From a candidate division WOR-3 bacterium (GTDB lineage: Bacteria; Hydrothermota; Tepidihabitantia; Tepidihabitantales; Tepidihabitantaceae), in the NCBI GenBank assembly GCA_965648905.1, contig CBFGIT010000027.1, forward strand, positions 1-34,589: a stretch of 34,589 bases of DNA, written 5' to 3'. Below the pieces are notes generated by a model. The model ran no database searches. It was not told where the DNA came from and saw only the letters and a list, made by a program, of their open reading frames with translations. Below, one piece after another: positions 1 to 8,602 of the stretch. The position numbers and the translations under genes were made by a program. Numbering within the stretch: the first letter of the stretch is position 1; every line of letters starts with the position of its first letter.

Positions 1-28
1 TACCAGCCGGGGGATGGTCATATGGTAG

Positions 29-101
29 GACGAAGGTAGAATGCAGAAGGCAGAATACAGATTGCAGAGTGCAGAATGGCAGAGGTGCAGAAAAGACGAA
101 A
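29..101 (+). repeat. Degenerate 7-bp tandem repeat (consensus GCAGAAT)
   Basis: GACGAAG GTAGAAT GCAGAAG GCAGAAT ACAGATT GCAGAGT GCAGAAT at 29-77, then looser units to about 101. Confidence 0.85.
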
Positions 102-207
102 GTAGGCAGGAGTGCGGACAAAGGCCGCAGGCAGAGTGAGAATCGACTGCCAAGATGGCTCCTGCGGACACCCAGTGCCAGCGCGGCTTTCTGAAGACAG
201 GGCCAGA

Positions 208-235
208 CCTGCCCGCCTGCCTGGGCGCGGGCAGG
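208..235. repeat. GC-rich palindrome (REP-like hairpin)
   Basis: CCTGCCCGC (208-216) is the reverse complement of GCGGGCAGG (227-235); intergenic. Confidence 0.55.
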
Positions 236-439
236 CCCGACTGGTGATAGTATCGGAGGTTGGCGCAATCTGGAAATCGAGCTGTTCCTGGGTTACGCCT
301 AAGTACCTGGCTGCCTTTCATGTCACCTGACGGGTGAGGTATTTGCGTAATCATTAGACGCCGGCGACTGAAGCAAGACAGCCTCGCTTCTTCACTCCAG
401 TTCACACCGCAATGTCGGAACTAAGGAGGCTCTGCGCGC

Positions 440-467
440 TTGACAAGCCGGCCAAGTAGGATATGAT
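440..467 (+). promoter_or_regulatory. Sigma70-type promoter
   Basis: TTGACA (440-445) - 16 bp - TATGAT (462-467) upstream of ORF 533. Confidence 0.65.
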
Positions 468-532
468 GGCGGCAGAATGGCTGCCGCCGCCGTCTTCCTG
501 AAGATGCCGCGCTGCGGCAAGAGGAGGTAAGT

Positions 533-1267
533 ATGGAGATTGTGAAGGCTCTGCCCGGCGTGAGCACTCCGGTGGTTCTGCTCTGCTTGCTGGGTGTCGT
601 GCTCTTTCTCGTTCTTCTCGTTGTCCTCATCATCTTCGTGGTGCAGCGACGTGAGCTGAAAGTGCTGCTGCCGTTTTTCTTGCTGCCGATTGTCATGATT
701 GGCTGGCCGACCATCCAGAGCATCAAGTTTGGGAGCGACATCGAGGTAACCAAGACCGCCGCCGACCAAATCAGGTCCGGACAGGCCACCCCAGACCAGG
801 TGGCCGAGGTCGAGAAGAAGGTCGGTGAGCTTGAGGCCCGAAGTAACGTCACCACGGAACAGAAGATGGTGCTCGTAAACGCACGTGAGAGTATCAGGAA
901 GTACCGGTTCGACCGGGCGCTGGCAGCGGCAACCGAAGCCGGAGTTCCAACGGAATCGCTCGCCTCAATCATCACGTCTGCGACCACGCTGGCCCGTACA
1001 CCTGAGGAGAGGGCCGCGGTCCATGACGTGGCGATTCGCGTTCAGGAGAAGGTGCTGGCTGCGGCCGACTCGGTCCTTCGGCACGTTGAAACAACCACCG
1101 GACACCTTGCTCCCGAAGACCCGGCACGTGCCATCATGGCGACTCGACTGGATTCACTCAACATGGTACTGAACCAAGTCGACGCCCTTCCCAAGACACC
1201 GGAACAGCGCGAGAAGAGCGACCTGATGCGTCTCAGAAATGCAAGGCTCAAATCTCAAATTCACTAG
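533..1267 (+). CDS. Hypothetical membrane protein (two N-terminal hydrophobic helices, helical soluble domain)
   Basis: 244 aa ORF, strong SD GAGGAGGT before ATG, two hydrophobic stretches; no family recognised. Confidence 0.8.
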   Translation: MEIVKALPGVSTPVVLLCLLGVVLFLVLLVVLIIFVVQRRELKVLLPFFLLPIVMIGWPTIQSIKFGSDIEVTKTAADQIRSGQATPDQVAEVEKKVGELEARSNVTTEQKMVLVNARESIRKYRFDRALAAATEAGVPTESLASIITSATTLARTPEERAAVHDVAIRVQEKVLAAADSVLRHVETTTGHLAPEDPARAIMATRLDSLNMVLNQVDALPKTPEQREKSDLMRLRNARLKSQIH

Positions 1268-1316
1268 GCAGAACCAGAGACCGGCGCGGCTTCGCCACGG
1301 GCTGCGCGCCTGTGCC

Positions 1317-1345
1317 TTGACACAGCGCCGGGCTGTTCGTAGCAT
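1317..1345 (+). promoter_or_regulatory. Sigma70-type promoter, probably leaderless transcript
   Basis: TTGACA (1317-1322) - 17 bp - TAGCAT (1340-1345), 6 nt before ATG 1352; no SD. Confidence 0.65.
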
Positions 1346-1351
1346 TGGGTG

Positions 1352-2014
1352 ATGAAGTTTTCTCAGTCTGTTCTTGCTCTTTGTGCCTTGGCCGTGCTTT
1401 GCCTACCTGCCTTCGCCGGGAAGACCCCGGATTCGCTCTTGAACGGCTCTTTCTCTTCTCCGCTGACCAATGGCTGGCAACAGGAGGCGCGCGACTTTGT
1501 CGGCTATCACAACATCGCCCTGCTCAAGGATGGCGGGGTCAGGGTCGTCAAGGAGATGTGCGGTCGGGCCCGGCTGTTTCAGGAAGTCAACCTTCCGGAC
1601 CTGAACCGAACCTTCTCTGCCCGGGTGCAGTTCAAGGCCCAGTCGACCACGCCCGGCTACTTCTCGTATGGTGCACTCATGCTGCAGTTCGTCGACAGCA
1701 CGGGTAACACCCTGGCCGAGACCCGGTTCTACAGTGCCGCGGGCATGCTGCCGTGGAAGAACACAAGCCGACTACGGCTTGTGCCCGTGGCCAAGTCGGG
1801 CACATGGACCGATATCTCGCTCAATCTCGCCGATGAACTGAAAACGAACCTGAAGGACGTTCACCGGACCGAAGTGAAGGGCCTGAGGGTCGTGATCGAG
1901 GCGTTCGGCTCAGGTCGGAGCGGCTGTTGAGGGCTCTATCTGGGGGCAGAGGTCTCTGCCCGCTATGTTAAGCTTTCTACCTCGGTTACAAACGATTCCA
2001 AGAAGGGTAGCTAG
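1352..2014 (+). CDS. Secreted beta-sandwich/CBM-like hypothetical protein, candidate selenoprotein (TGA 1928-1930 read as Sec; ends at 1930 if not read through)
   Basis: Signal peptide MKFSQSVLALCALAVLCLPAFA; LLNGSF..GW N-terminal motif typical of CBM4/9-like domains; ...SGC-TGA-GLYLGAEVSARYVKLS... stays open to TAG 2012-2014; SECIS-like hairpin. Confidence 0.7.
1944..1961 (+). promoter_or_regulatory. Putative bacterial SECIS element
   Basis: Stem GGGCAGA/TCTGCCC with GGTC loop, starting 13 nt after the in-frame TGA. Confidence 0.65.
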
Positions 2015-2017
2015 CCA

Positions 2018-3019
2018 TTGACCGGTCGCACATGCCTGAGCCGGACAACTGCTCTGCTTCTGGCCTTGTGCGCGTCTGTATTCGGCTGGTGGGACTTCTG
2101 GCCCTACACCGAACACCAGAACTTGGTCTCGCGCTCAATTGACATCTGTGCCGAGCGCTACCCGGACATGGCTTCGGAGATAGTCGCGTACCGGGCCGAG
2201 CTCAAGTCCGGGGTTCACGACGAAGACTTTGACTCCGACGAAGTCAACGGCTCGTACTGCGACTATTCAGGTTACTCGCCGGCCGTGCCGGGCGCGTGGT
2301 GGCCGACCGCACGCCGACATCTGACCGCCATCCAATGGGTACTCGATTCGCTCAACCCGAACAACTGGACCGCAGCGGTCGTCAGGTACGCCTCAAGCAA
2401 GGCCGACGCTTACAACATGCTCGGTCACATCGTCCACAACCTACAGGATTTGTTTGTCCCGGCCCATTCGCACATCTCCCCTCACGGTCTGGGCACTGGC
2501 GGCCTGGTCGAGAACCACTCCTGGCCGGCCTACTTTGACAACTTCGAGCAGTACTGCGAGGTGACCGACAACGAACTCCGGCTTGCCCGCGCTGACCGCA
2601 TTCCCGAACTGGCACTCGAGACCCTGATGGTGCGAGCCGCGGTCTTCTCAAACACCGACGCTGAGTCGGCCGGGTTTCTGCCGAGCGAGTACTACGCCCA
2701 TCCTGACACTGCCGGCGGTTGGGGCAGGTACCGGCCCTATCCTTCGGGCGGCTATCCGTGCGGCCGGGACCGAATTGACAACGCGCTGGCCGATGCCTGG
2801 TCGTTCTGGATTGTGCCGACGTGCTGTGAGTATGGGGCCGCAGCGCTGCGAGAGTTCTACCTTGCCTGCAATCCGACCGCGGTCAAGGAACAGGCACCGG
2901 AACCGACCCGTCCCCTGACCCGGCTCTACGATGTTCTCGGCCGCCGGGTAAGTCCGAACTCTACCCGACCCGGCGTGTACTTCACGCGCAGCGGCAAGGC
3001 CCTGCGTCTTCAGCCCTAG
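2018..3019 (+). CDS. Secreted zinc-dependent phospholipase C / S1-P1 nuclease-like protein with T9SS-like C-terminal tail
   Basis: Signal peptide, mature N-terminal W...H, GHIVHNLQD..VPAH and H...FE metal-ligand motifs; tail LYDVLGRRV...PGVYF; TTG start uncertain. Confidence 0.65.
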   Translation: MTGRTCLSRTTALLLALCASVFGWWDFWPYTEHQNLVSRSIDICAERYPDMASEIVAYRAELKSGVHDEDFDSDEVNGSYCDYSGYSPAVPGAWWPTARRHLTAIQWVLDSLNPNNWTAAVVRYASSKADAYNMLGHIVHNLQDLFVPAHSHISPHGLGTGGLVENHSWPAYFDNFEQYCEVTDNELRLARADRIPELALETLMVRAAVFSNTDAESAGFLPSEYYAHPDTAGGWGRYRPYPSGGYPCGRDRIDNALADAWSFWIVPTCCEYGAAALREFYLACNPTAVKEQAPEPTRPLTRLYDVLGRRVSPNSTRPGVYFTRSGKALRLQP

Positions 3020-3762
3020 CGGAACAGGCTGAAGCGCAGCTTCAGGTAACGCTCCGGATTCTCCCGGAAATCCTTGACCAGAGTCTGCAGTTCGGCGTTG
3101 GTCTTGCGCACCTCGTCATAGAGCTCGGAGCTGGAAATCAGCTTACCCGCACTCGACTCGCGGCTGATTGACTGGACCAGGGTATCAAGCCTTGCCGATA
3201 ACCGGGTCAACTCGACCGACGCAGTCGAGAAGCTGGTGTTGAATCCGGTAAGCTGGGCTCTGACGGTCTGCATCAGCTCATCGCGCAGCCCTTTGAGCTC
3301 GCCGGTCAACTCGGTCGGGTTCAGACCCCCAAGCAGCCGGTCGAGTCGCAGGAATGTCTCCTCAAGGTCGAGCGCCTCGTTCGCGCCCTGGAACCGGTGA
3401 GCATCCGGCGCAACCGGCCCGGTCCCGGGCACGACCATCACGTACCGGTCGCTGCCCAGGTAACTGACCGACCGAATCGCGAACCTCGTGTCAACCGCCA
3501 GTGCGACATCGCGGTCCAGAGCCACGGTCGCCCGCACCTGGCCGTTGTCGAGCGCGAGACCCGCGACCTTGCCTTTGTCTATCCCCAGAACCGAGACCGG
3601 GTCTCCGGCACGGAGTCCGGACGCGTCGCGGAAATAGACCGTGACCAGCCGACGGTGAGCCTGCACCAGCCGGCCCGAAAACCAGACGAATGCAAACACC
3701 GCCAGGGCGATGCCGCCCAAGACAAACAGAGCAACGAGCACCTCACGAATACGCCTGCTCAT
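3016..3762 (-). CDS. mlaD: MCE-family (MlaD) substrate-binding protein
   Basis: N-terminal TM, F.DASGL..GDPV...G...G.V MCE motif, ENPERY tail; ATG 3762 with GGAGG SD. Confidence 0.9.
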   Translation of the reverse strand: MSRRIREVLVALFVLGGIALAVFAFVWFSGRLVQAHRRLVTVYFRDASGLRAGDPVSVLGIDKGKVAGLALDNGQVRATVALDRDVALAVDTRFAIRSVSYLGSDRYVMVVPGTGPVAPDAHRFQGANEALDLEETFLRLDRLLGGLNPTELTGELKGLRDELMQTVRAQLTGFNTSFSTASVELTRLSARLDTLVQSISRESSAGKLISSSELYDEVRKTNAELQTLVKDFRENPERYLKLRFSLFR

Positions 3763-4441
3763 AGTCCTCCTTTCTTGCGTCATCCGCCGACTCAAGCATG
3801 CCGCGTCTGAGCATGTAGAGCCGGTCGGCCACGTTCCGGGCCGCAGCAAGGTCATGAGTGACAACGACCACAGTCCGATGCTGATGGTCGCGCAGTTCCC
3901 GGACTAGCCCCAGCACCCGTTCGCGCATCACCGGGTCCAGACCGGTTGTCGGTTCATCAAAGAAGACGTAGCGCGGCTCTGTGACTATTGCCCGGGCGAT
4001 TGCCACCAGCCGCGTCATACCGCCGGAAAGCACGCGCGGATATAGACTGGAGTTCTCCCCCATGCCAACCAAGTCCAGCGCTGCGGCCACGCGCCGCTTC
4101 ACCTCTGAACCGGGCAGCCGGCCCGTCTCCTGAAGCGGCAGGGCAACGTTCTCCTCAACGGTCATCGAGTCGAACAAAGCCCCGGCCTGAAACACATACC
4201 CGAGTCCGCCGGTCACGCGCTGATTGTCGGAGAACTTGTGGTAGTGCAGGGGTCGGCCGTCGTAGAGAACCCGACCCGAATCGGGCGCAAGCAGCCCGGC
4301 CATGATGCGCAGCAGCACGCTCTTGCCGATGCCCGACGGCCCGAGAATCACCACCGTGGTCTGGTCGGCCACGACCAGGTTCACCCGGTCAAGCACCCGG
4401 ATGCTCCGAAACGCCTTGGACACGCCCTGGACTTCAATCAT
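3743..4441 (-). CDS. mlaF: MlaF-type ABC transporter ATPase
   Basis: GPSGIGKS, VFQAGALFDSM, LSGGM, FDEPTTGLDP. Confidence 0.92.
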   Translation of the reverse strand: MIEVQGVSKAFRSIRVLDRVNLVVADQTTVVILGPSGIGKSVLLRIMAGLLAPDSGRVLYDGRPLHYHKFSDNQRVTGGLGYVFQAGALFDSMTVEENVALPLQETGRLPGSEVKRRVAAALDLVGMGENSSLYPRVLSGGMTRLVAIARAIVTEPRYVFFDEPTTGLDPVMRERVLGLVRELRDHQHRTVVVVTHDLAAARNVADRLYMLRRGMLESADDARKEDYEQAYS

Positions 4442-5178
4442 GTCGAGAAGAACACGAGGGCGATGACGAAGTCGATCATCAGGATGAGCGTAGCCGAAAG
4501 CACGACCGCCGAGGTCGTGGCTCGACCGACCTGCTCGGCACCGCCCGAGACGTTGAACCCGTAGTAACAGCCGCTGATGCCAATGACCAGCCCGAAAAGC
4601 GCGGCCTTGGCCAGCCCGCCGTAGAAATCCCGTACCATGAAGAAGTGGGTCACGCCATAGGTGAAGGTCGAGGGTGCGATATTGAGCAGTGTCGCCGAGA
4701 TGAACAGCGCGGTCATGATGGCAACCACCTCCATCGTGACGACCAACACCGGCAGACCGAACGTCGTGCCGAGCACGCGTGGCAGGCAGAGATACCGGTA
4801 CGGGTCGACCGCCATCACCTCAAGCGCATCAATCTGCTCGGAGACCCGCATCGCGCCGAGTTCGGCCGCAATCGCCGACGCTGACCGGCCGGCAACGATG
4901 AACCCGGTTAGGACCGGAGCCAGCTCAATCAGCACCAGCCGCCCCACCCCCATGCCAACAAAGTACTTCGGCACCACTCCCATCAACTGATAGCTGGTTT
5001 GCACCGCGGTCGTCAGACCAATGAAGACCGAAGTCAGACAGATAATCGGCAGCGCGCTCGCGCCATGAAGGTACAACTGCGCGACAAACCTCGGCCAAGT
5101 CCGTCGCAGGTCATATGACCCGAGCAGAGTCCGGGCGGCAAAGGCCAGGAAGTCAACCGGCGCCGTAAGCGCTTTCAC
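4438..5178 (-). CDS. mlaE: MlaE-type ABC permease
   Basis: ELAPVLT..IVAGR.ASAIAAELGAMRVSEQIDALEVM, VGRATT.AVV. Confidence 0.95.
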   Translation of the reverse strand: MKALTAPVDFLAFAARTLLGSYDLRRTWPRFVAQLYLHGASALPIICLTSVFIGLTTAVQTSYQLMGVVPKYFVGMGVGRLVLIELAPVLTGFIVAGRSASAIAAELGAMRVSEQIDALEVMAVDPYRYLCLPRVLGTTFGLPVLVVTMEVVAIMTALFISATLLNIAPSTFTYGVTHFFMVRDFYGGLAKAALFGLVIGISGCYYGFNVSGGAEQVGRATTSAVVLSATLILMIDFVIALVFFST

Positions 5179-5185
5179 TCAGCCA

Positions 5186-5248
5186 ATCATACCTCTCCGA
5201 CCGACCACGTCAAACTCCGCTTGACTCACCTAGGTTCATGCCGAGAAT
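5186..5248. promoter_or_regulatory. Back-to-back divergent promoters for mlaE (-) and lptE (+)
   Basis: Minus: TTGACG (5213-5208)-16-TATGAT (5191-5186), 7 nt before GTG 5178. Plus: TTGACT (5221-5226)-16-GAGAAT (5243-5248), 6 nt before GTG 5255. Confidence 0.6.
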
Positions 5249-5254
5249 CTTACT

Positions 5255-5734
5255 GTGAGACCTATCCTGCTGTTTCCCGCACTGGCCCTCATCGCCGGCT
5301 GCTGCGGCTACTCGACCCGCTCGCTCCTTCCGTCGCACCTGCGCACCGTCGCTGTCAGCCCGGCCGAGAACGCGACCGCCCAACCCGGACTGGGCGAAGC
5401 ACTGACCGACTCCCTGATTGCCGCCTTCAATCGTGACCGCAACCTTCGGGTCACCAATATCGAAGCCGCGAACCTCGTGGTCACGGCCCGGGTCGAAACC
5501 TATTCCCGCTCAGCCGCCTCTTACACCGGCAACCAGGAGGTCAGCACGTACGAACTGCTGCTCGCTGCCCGGGTTCAGGCCCACGACCAGGTTCGGGATG
5601 AGGAGTTCTACTCGGGCAGTTCATCGGTACGTACGACCTACAACCCGGCTGCCAAGACCGAAGAACAGGCCGCAGTCGAAGCGGTCGGCCGCCTTGCTCA
5701 GGAAGTCGTGCGTCAGGTCCTGACCGCATGGTAG
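5255..5734 (+). CDS. lptE: LptE-family lipoprotein
   Basis: Lipobox LIAGC followed by CGY, LP..L.TVAV...EN.T..PGL, C-terminal E..A...A...LA..V. Confidence 0.75.
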   Translation: MRPILLFPALALIAGCCGYSTRSLLPSHLRTVAVSPAENATAQPGLGEALTDSLIAAFNRDRNLRVTNIEAANLVVTARVETYSRSAASYTGNQEVSTYELLLAARVQAHDQVRDEEFYSGSSSVRTTYNPAAKTEEQAAVEAVGRLAQEVVRQVLTAW

Positions 5735-7110
5735 TTGACCTGTTTGTCGAGCGCCTGGTTCAGGGCGGTGACGGTCTGGCCCAGCTCGACGGGCTCAAGG
5801 TGTTTGTCCGGTTCAGCGCACCCCAGGAAAAGGTGCGGGCGCGAATCGTCGAGCGCCGGCGCGACTATGCCGTAGCCGAGGTTGTCGACGTTGTCGAACC
5901 CTCTCCTTTGCGTGTCGCACCGGCGTGCCGATACTATGGCCGGTGCGGCGGTTGCCAATTGCAGCACATCGACCACCAGGGCCAGCTTGTGGTCAAGAAA
6001 GTCCTCGTCAACGAGACGCTCCAGCGCGTCGGCAAGGTATTCCTCCCGGTCGCCAACATCACCGGACCGGTTGTCCCGTGGCATTACCGGAACAAGACCC
6101 AGTATCCGGCCCGCCACAGCAACCGCGGGCTCCGGCTCGGTTTCTTTCGCCGGAACTCCCATGACCTGCTCGACATTGAAGAATGCCTGCTCCAGCCCCG
6201 GTTGTTCGACCGTGTCCGGCAGGCCGTGCTCGCAGCCAGCCGCGACTCAGGCGAGCACGGCTACGACGAAACCGGCCATTCGGGCAACATCCGCCACGTC
6301 ATCCTGCGCCAGGCATCGGCCCGGGATGAGGTCGTCGTAATCGTCGTCACTCGAACCCGAGCTCTGAGCGACCGATTCACCGCGACGCTGGCCGATACTC
6401 CCGGCGTCGTTGGCATCGTCCAGAGCATCAACCCGGTCCACACAAACCGCATCCTCGGCCGAAAGCAGCATCGGCTCCACGGCAGTGACGCGACCGGCGC
6501 GACCGTGCTCGGCAAGGAGCTGCGTGCCTCAGCCACCTCGTTCTTTCAGGTCAACACGGTCCAGGCCGAAGAACTCTGCCGCAAGGTGCTCAGGCATGTC
6601 GCACCTGAGGGTAGCGAGACCGTGCTCGACCTGTACAGCGGCGTCGGCATGCTCTCCCTCGTCCTTTCGGACTTTGTCAAACAGGTCATCGGCGTGGAGA
6701 TTGACCCTGATGCAGTCCGCGATGCCCAGGCCAATGCCCGTTCGCTCAACGCCGCCAACGTCGACTTCGTCTGCGGTGATGTTGACCGCGTGCTCAGCAG
6801 TCTGACACGTGCCGACATTGTGCTGCTCGACCCGCCGCGTCGCGGCTGTCTGCCCGGCACCTTGAGCCGCATCGCCGAAATGCGACCCAGACGTATCGTC
6901 TACGTCTCCTGCAACCCGGCAACCCTGGCGCGGGACTTGGGCATCCTCGAACAACTGGGCTACGAGACCCGCGCGGTCGAACCGCTCGACATGTTTCCCC
7001 AGACCGCCCACGTTGAGACCGTTGCCCAACTAGCCTGGACCGGCCGGAAAGCAGTCCCCCAGCCCGACTCGTCGGAAATGCCGGAGTCTCCGCTGACCGG
7101 CCCTTCCTAA
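5728..7110 (+). CDS. rlmD: 23S rRNA m5U methyltransferase (RlmD/RumA, TRAM domain)
   Basis: TRAM N-terminus, CxxYGxCGGC Fe-S motif, SFFQVN, DLYSGVG, DPPR.G, YVSCNP, DMFPQT.HVE. Confidence 0.93.
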   Translation: MVVDLFVERLVQGGDGLAQLDGLKVFVRFSAPQEKVRARIVERRRDYAVAEVVDVVEPSPLRVAPACRYYGRCGGCQLQHIDHQGQLVVKKVLVNETLQRVGKVFLPVANITGPVVPWHYRNKTQYPARHSNRGLRLGFFRRNSHDLLDIEECLLQPRLFDRVRQAVLAASRDSGEHGYDETGHSGNIRHVILRQASARDEVVVIVVTRTRALSDRFTATLADTPGVVGIVQSINPVHTNRILGRKQHRLHGSDATGATVLGKELRASATSFFQVNTVQAEELCRKVLRHVAPEGSETVLDLYSGVGMLSLVLSDFVKQVIGVEIDPDAVRDAQANARSLNAANVDFVCGDVDRVLSSLTRADIVLLDPPRRGCLPGTLSRIAEMRPRRIVYVSCNPATLARDLGILEQLGYETRAVEPLDMFPQTAHVETVAQLAWTGRKAVPQPDSSEMPESPLTGPS

Positions 7111-7111
7111 C

Positions 7112-8602
7112 ATGCGTCTTGCCGGATTCCTGATTACCGACCCCGAAGCTCGACCCGTGTCCGGGTCGCTGCTTGTTGAGCAGGGCCGAATCGCTGCGGT
7201 CGAGCAGACTCCCGGAACGACGCCTGCTGCCTGGATTGTGCCCGGGCTGATTGACGCCCATCTGCACCCGCTTGAAGTCGGACTCGAACTGCTGTTCGCC
7301 AATCTGGCCGGCGCGAGGACGATTGACGAAGTCCTCGGCCGGCTTGCCGAGCGCCGGGCCGACGCCGCAGAATCAGGCATGATGCTCGGATTCAACCTTG
7401 AACCGGACAAGCTTGTCGAACGCCGCTACCCCTGCCGCGCTGAGCTCGACCAAATCATCGCTGATGTGCCGGTGCTGGTCTACCGGGTTGACGGCCATTC
7501 TGCCGTCACCAACACCGCAGGTCTAGCCCTGCTCTCGCCGCTCAATGCGATTGGTGCCGAGGTGAACAGCCGAGGCGAGCCGACCGGAGTCCTGCGCGGT
7601 CCGTCGTACGAACAGGCTTCACGCCGGTTCAAGCGTCAGCTTCCGGCCGAGGTGGTGCGCGAGGCTCTGCTCCGGTGCGGCCAGCAAGCAGTCCGGCAGG
7701 GCGTGACAACCATCGCCGCCCTCGTCGGCACCGAAGACACGACCGCCGACGAACTCGGGCCCATGCTCGATGCCCTCGCGGCCGGGCCGCTGCGCGCGAT
7801 ACCGTTTGTCCAGACCTGGAACCATGAACTTGTGCTCGAGTTCGGTCTTGACCGGATTGGCGGCTGTCTCCTCATCGACGGCTCCTTCGGCTCACACACG
7901 GCTGCGCTCAACCGTGACTACACCGACGCACCCGGCGGTTCCGGTATGGCATTCGTCACCGATGAGAAGCTGGTCGCGTTCCTGCGCCGCAGCGAGGAAC
8001 TCAAACTCAGCACGGCATTCCATGCCATTGGCGACCGGGCGGTCGAGCAGGTTGTCCGCTGCCACGAGCAGGTCGGCCGGTCGTCACTCCGCCACCGCAT
8101 CGAACACGCCGAGTTGCTCAACCCGGGCCTGATTGAACGCATCGCCCGGCTCGGGCTCGTGCTTGGTGTCCAACCGGCATTCGAAGCAACCTGGGGCGGC
8201 CCTGACCGGATGTACTCCTGTCGGCTCGGCGAACGCTGGCGTCTCACCAATCCCTTCCGCAGTTTGGCCCGAGCCGGGGTCATCCTTGCCGGCAGCTCAG
8301 ATGCTCCGATAACACCGACTTGCCCGCTCGCCGGCATCCGCGCCGCGATCGAGCATCCCAATCCTGAGCAGCGTGTCACCCCGGAACAGGCCTTGGCAAT
8401 GTTCACCCGGAATGCGGCCTTCTCACTCGGGCTTGAACAAGAGGTCGGTCGACTCGCACCCGGGTTCAGTGCCGACCTCACCATCCTGACCGGCGACCCG
8501 CGCACCAGACCCGACTGCCGCGTTGCCGCCACCTGCCATGCCGGCAATTGGGTCTTCAGGGACACAAAGCTGCTCAGGTCACTCGGCTTCGAGCCACAGT
8601 GA
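7112..8602 (+). CDS. Amidohydrolase family 3 (YtcJ-like)
   Basis: PGLIDAHLH, RVDGHS, DGSFGSHTA, HAIGD, HRIEH, SSDAP. Confidence 0.9.
   Translation: MRLAGFLITDPEARPVSGSLLVEQGRIAAVEQTPGTTPAAWIVPGLIDAHLHPLEVGLELLFANLAGARTIDEVLGRLAERRADAAESGMMLGFNLEPDKLVERRYPCRAELDQIIADVPVLVYRVDGHSAVTNTAGLALLSPLNAIGAEVNSRGEPTGVLRGPSYEQASRRFKRQLPAEVVREALLRCGQQAVRQGVTTIAALVGTEDTTADELGPMLDALAAGPLRAIPFVQTWNHELVLEFGLDRIGGCLLIDGSFGSHTAALNRDYTDAPGGSGMAFVTDEKLVAFLRRSEELKLSTAFHAIGDRAVEQVVRCHEQVGRSSLRHRIEHAELLNPGLIERIARLGLVLGVQPAFEATWGGPDRMYSCRLGERWRLTNPFRSLARAGVILAGSSDAPITPTCPLAGIRAAIEHPNPEQRVTPEQALAMFTRNAAFSLGLEQEVGRLAPGFSADLTILTGDPRTRPDCRVAATCHAGNWVFRDTKLLRSLGFEPQ

Noticed and set aside
29..101. CRISPR array
   Set aside because: Units are 7 bp with no spacers, and there are no cas genes
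112..330. 72-aa ORF
   Set aside because: Low-complexity Arg/Pro/Gly translation overlapping a palindrome; no motif support
1928..1930. Genome-wide TGA recoding (genetic code 4/25)
   Set aside because: Conserved genes such as dnaN (12425), polX (10329) and mlaE end at TGA at their expected C-termini, and no conserved gene has an internal TGA
1944..1970. Hairpin after TGA as an intrinsic terminator
   Set aside because: No U tract follows, the frame stays open with protein-like sequence, and the next gene has no evident promoter of its own; SECIS fits better, though a terminator is not excluded
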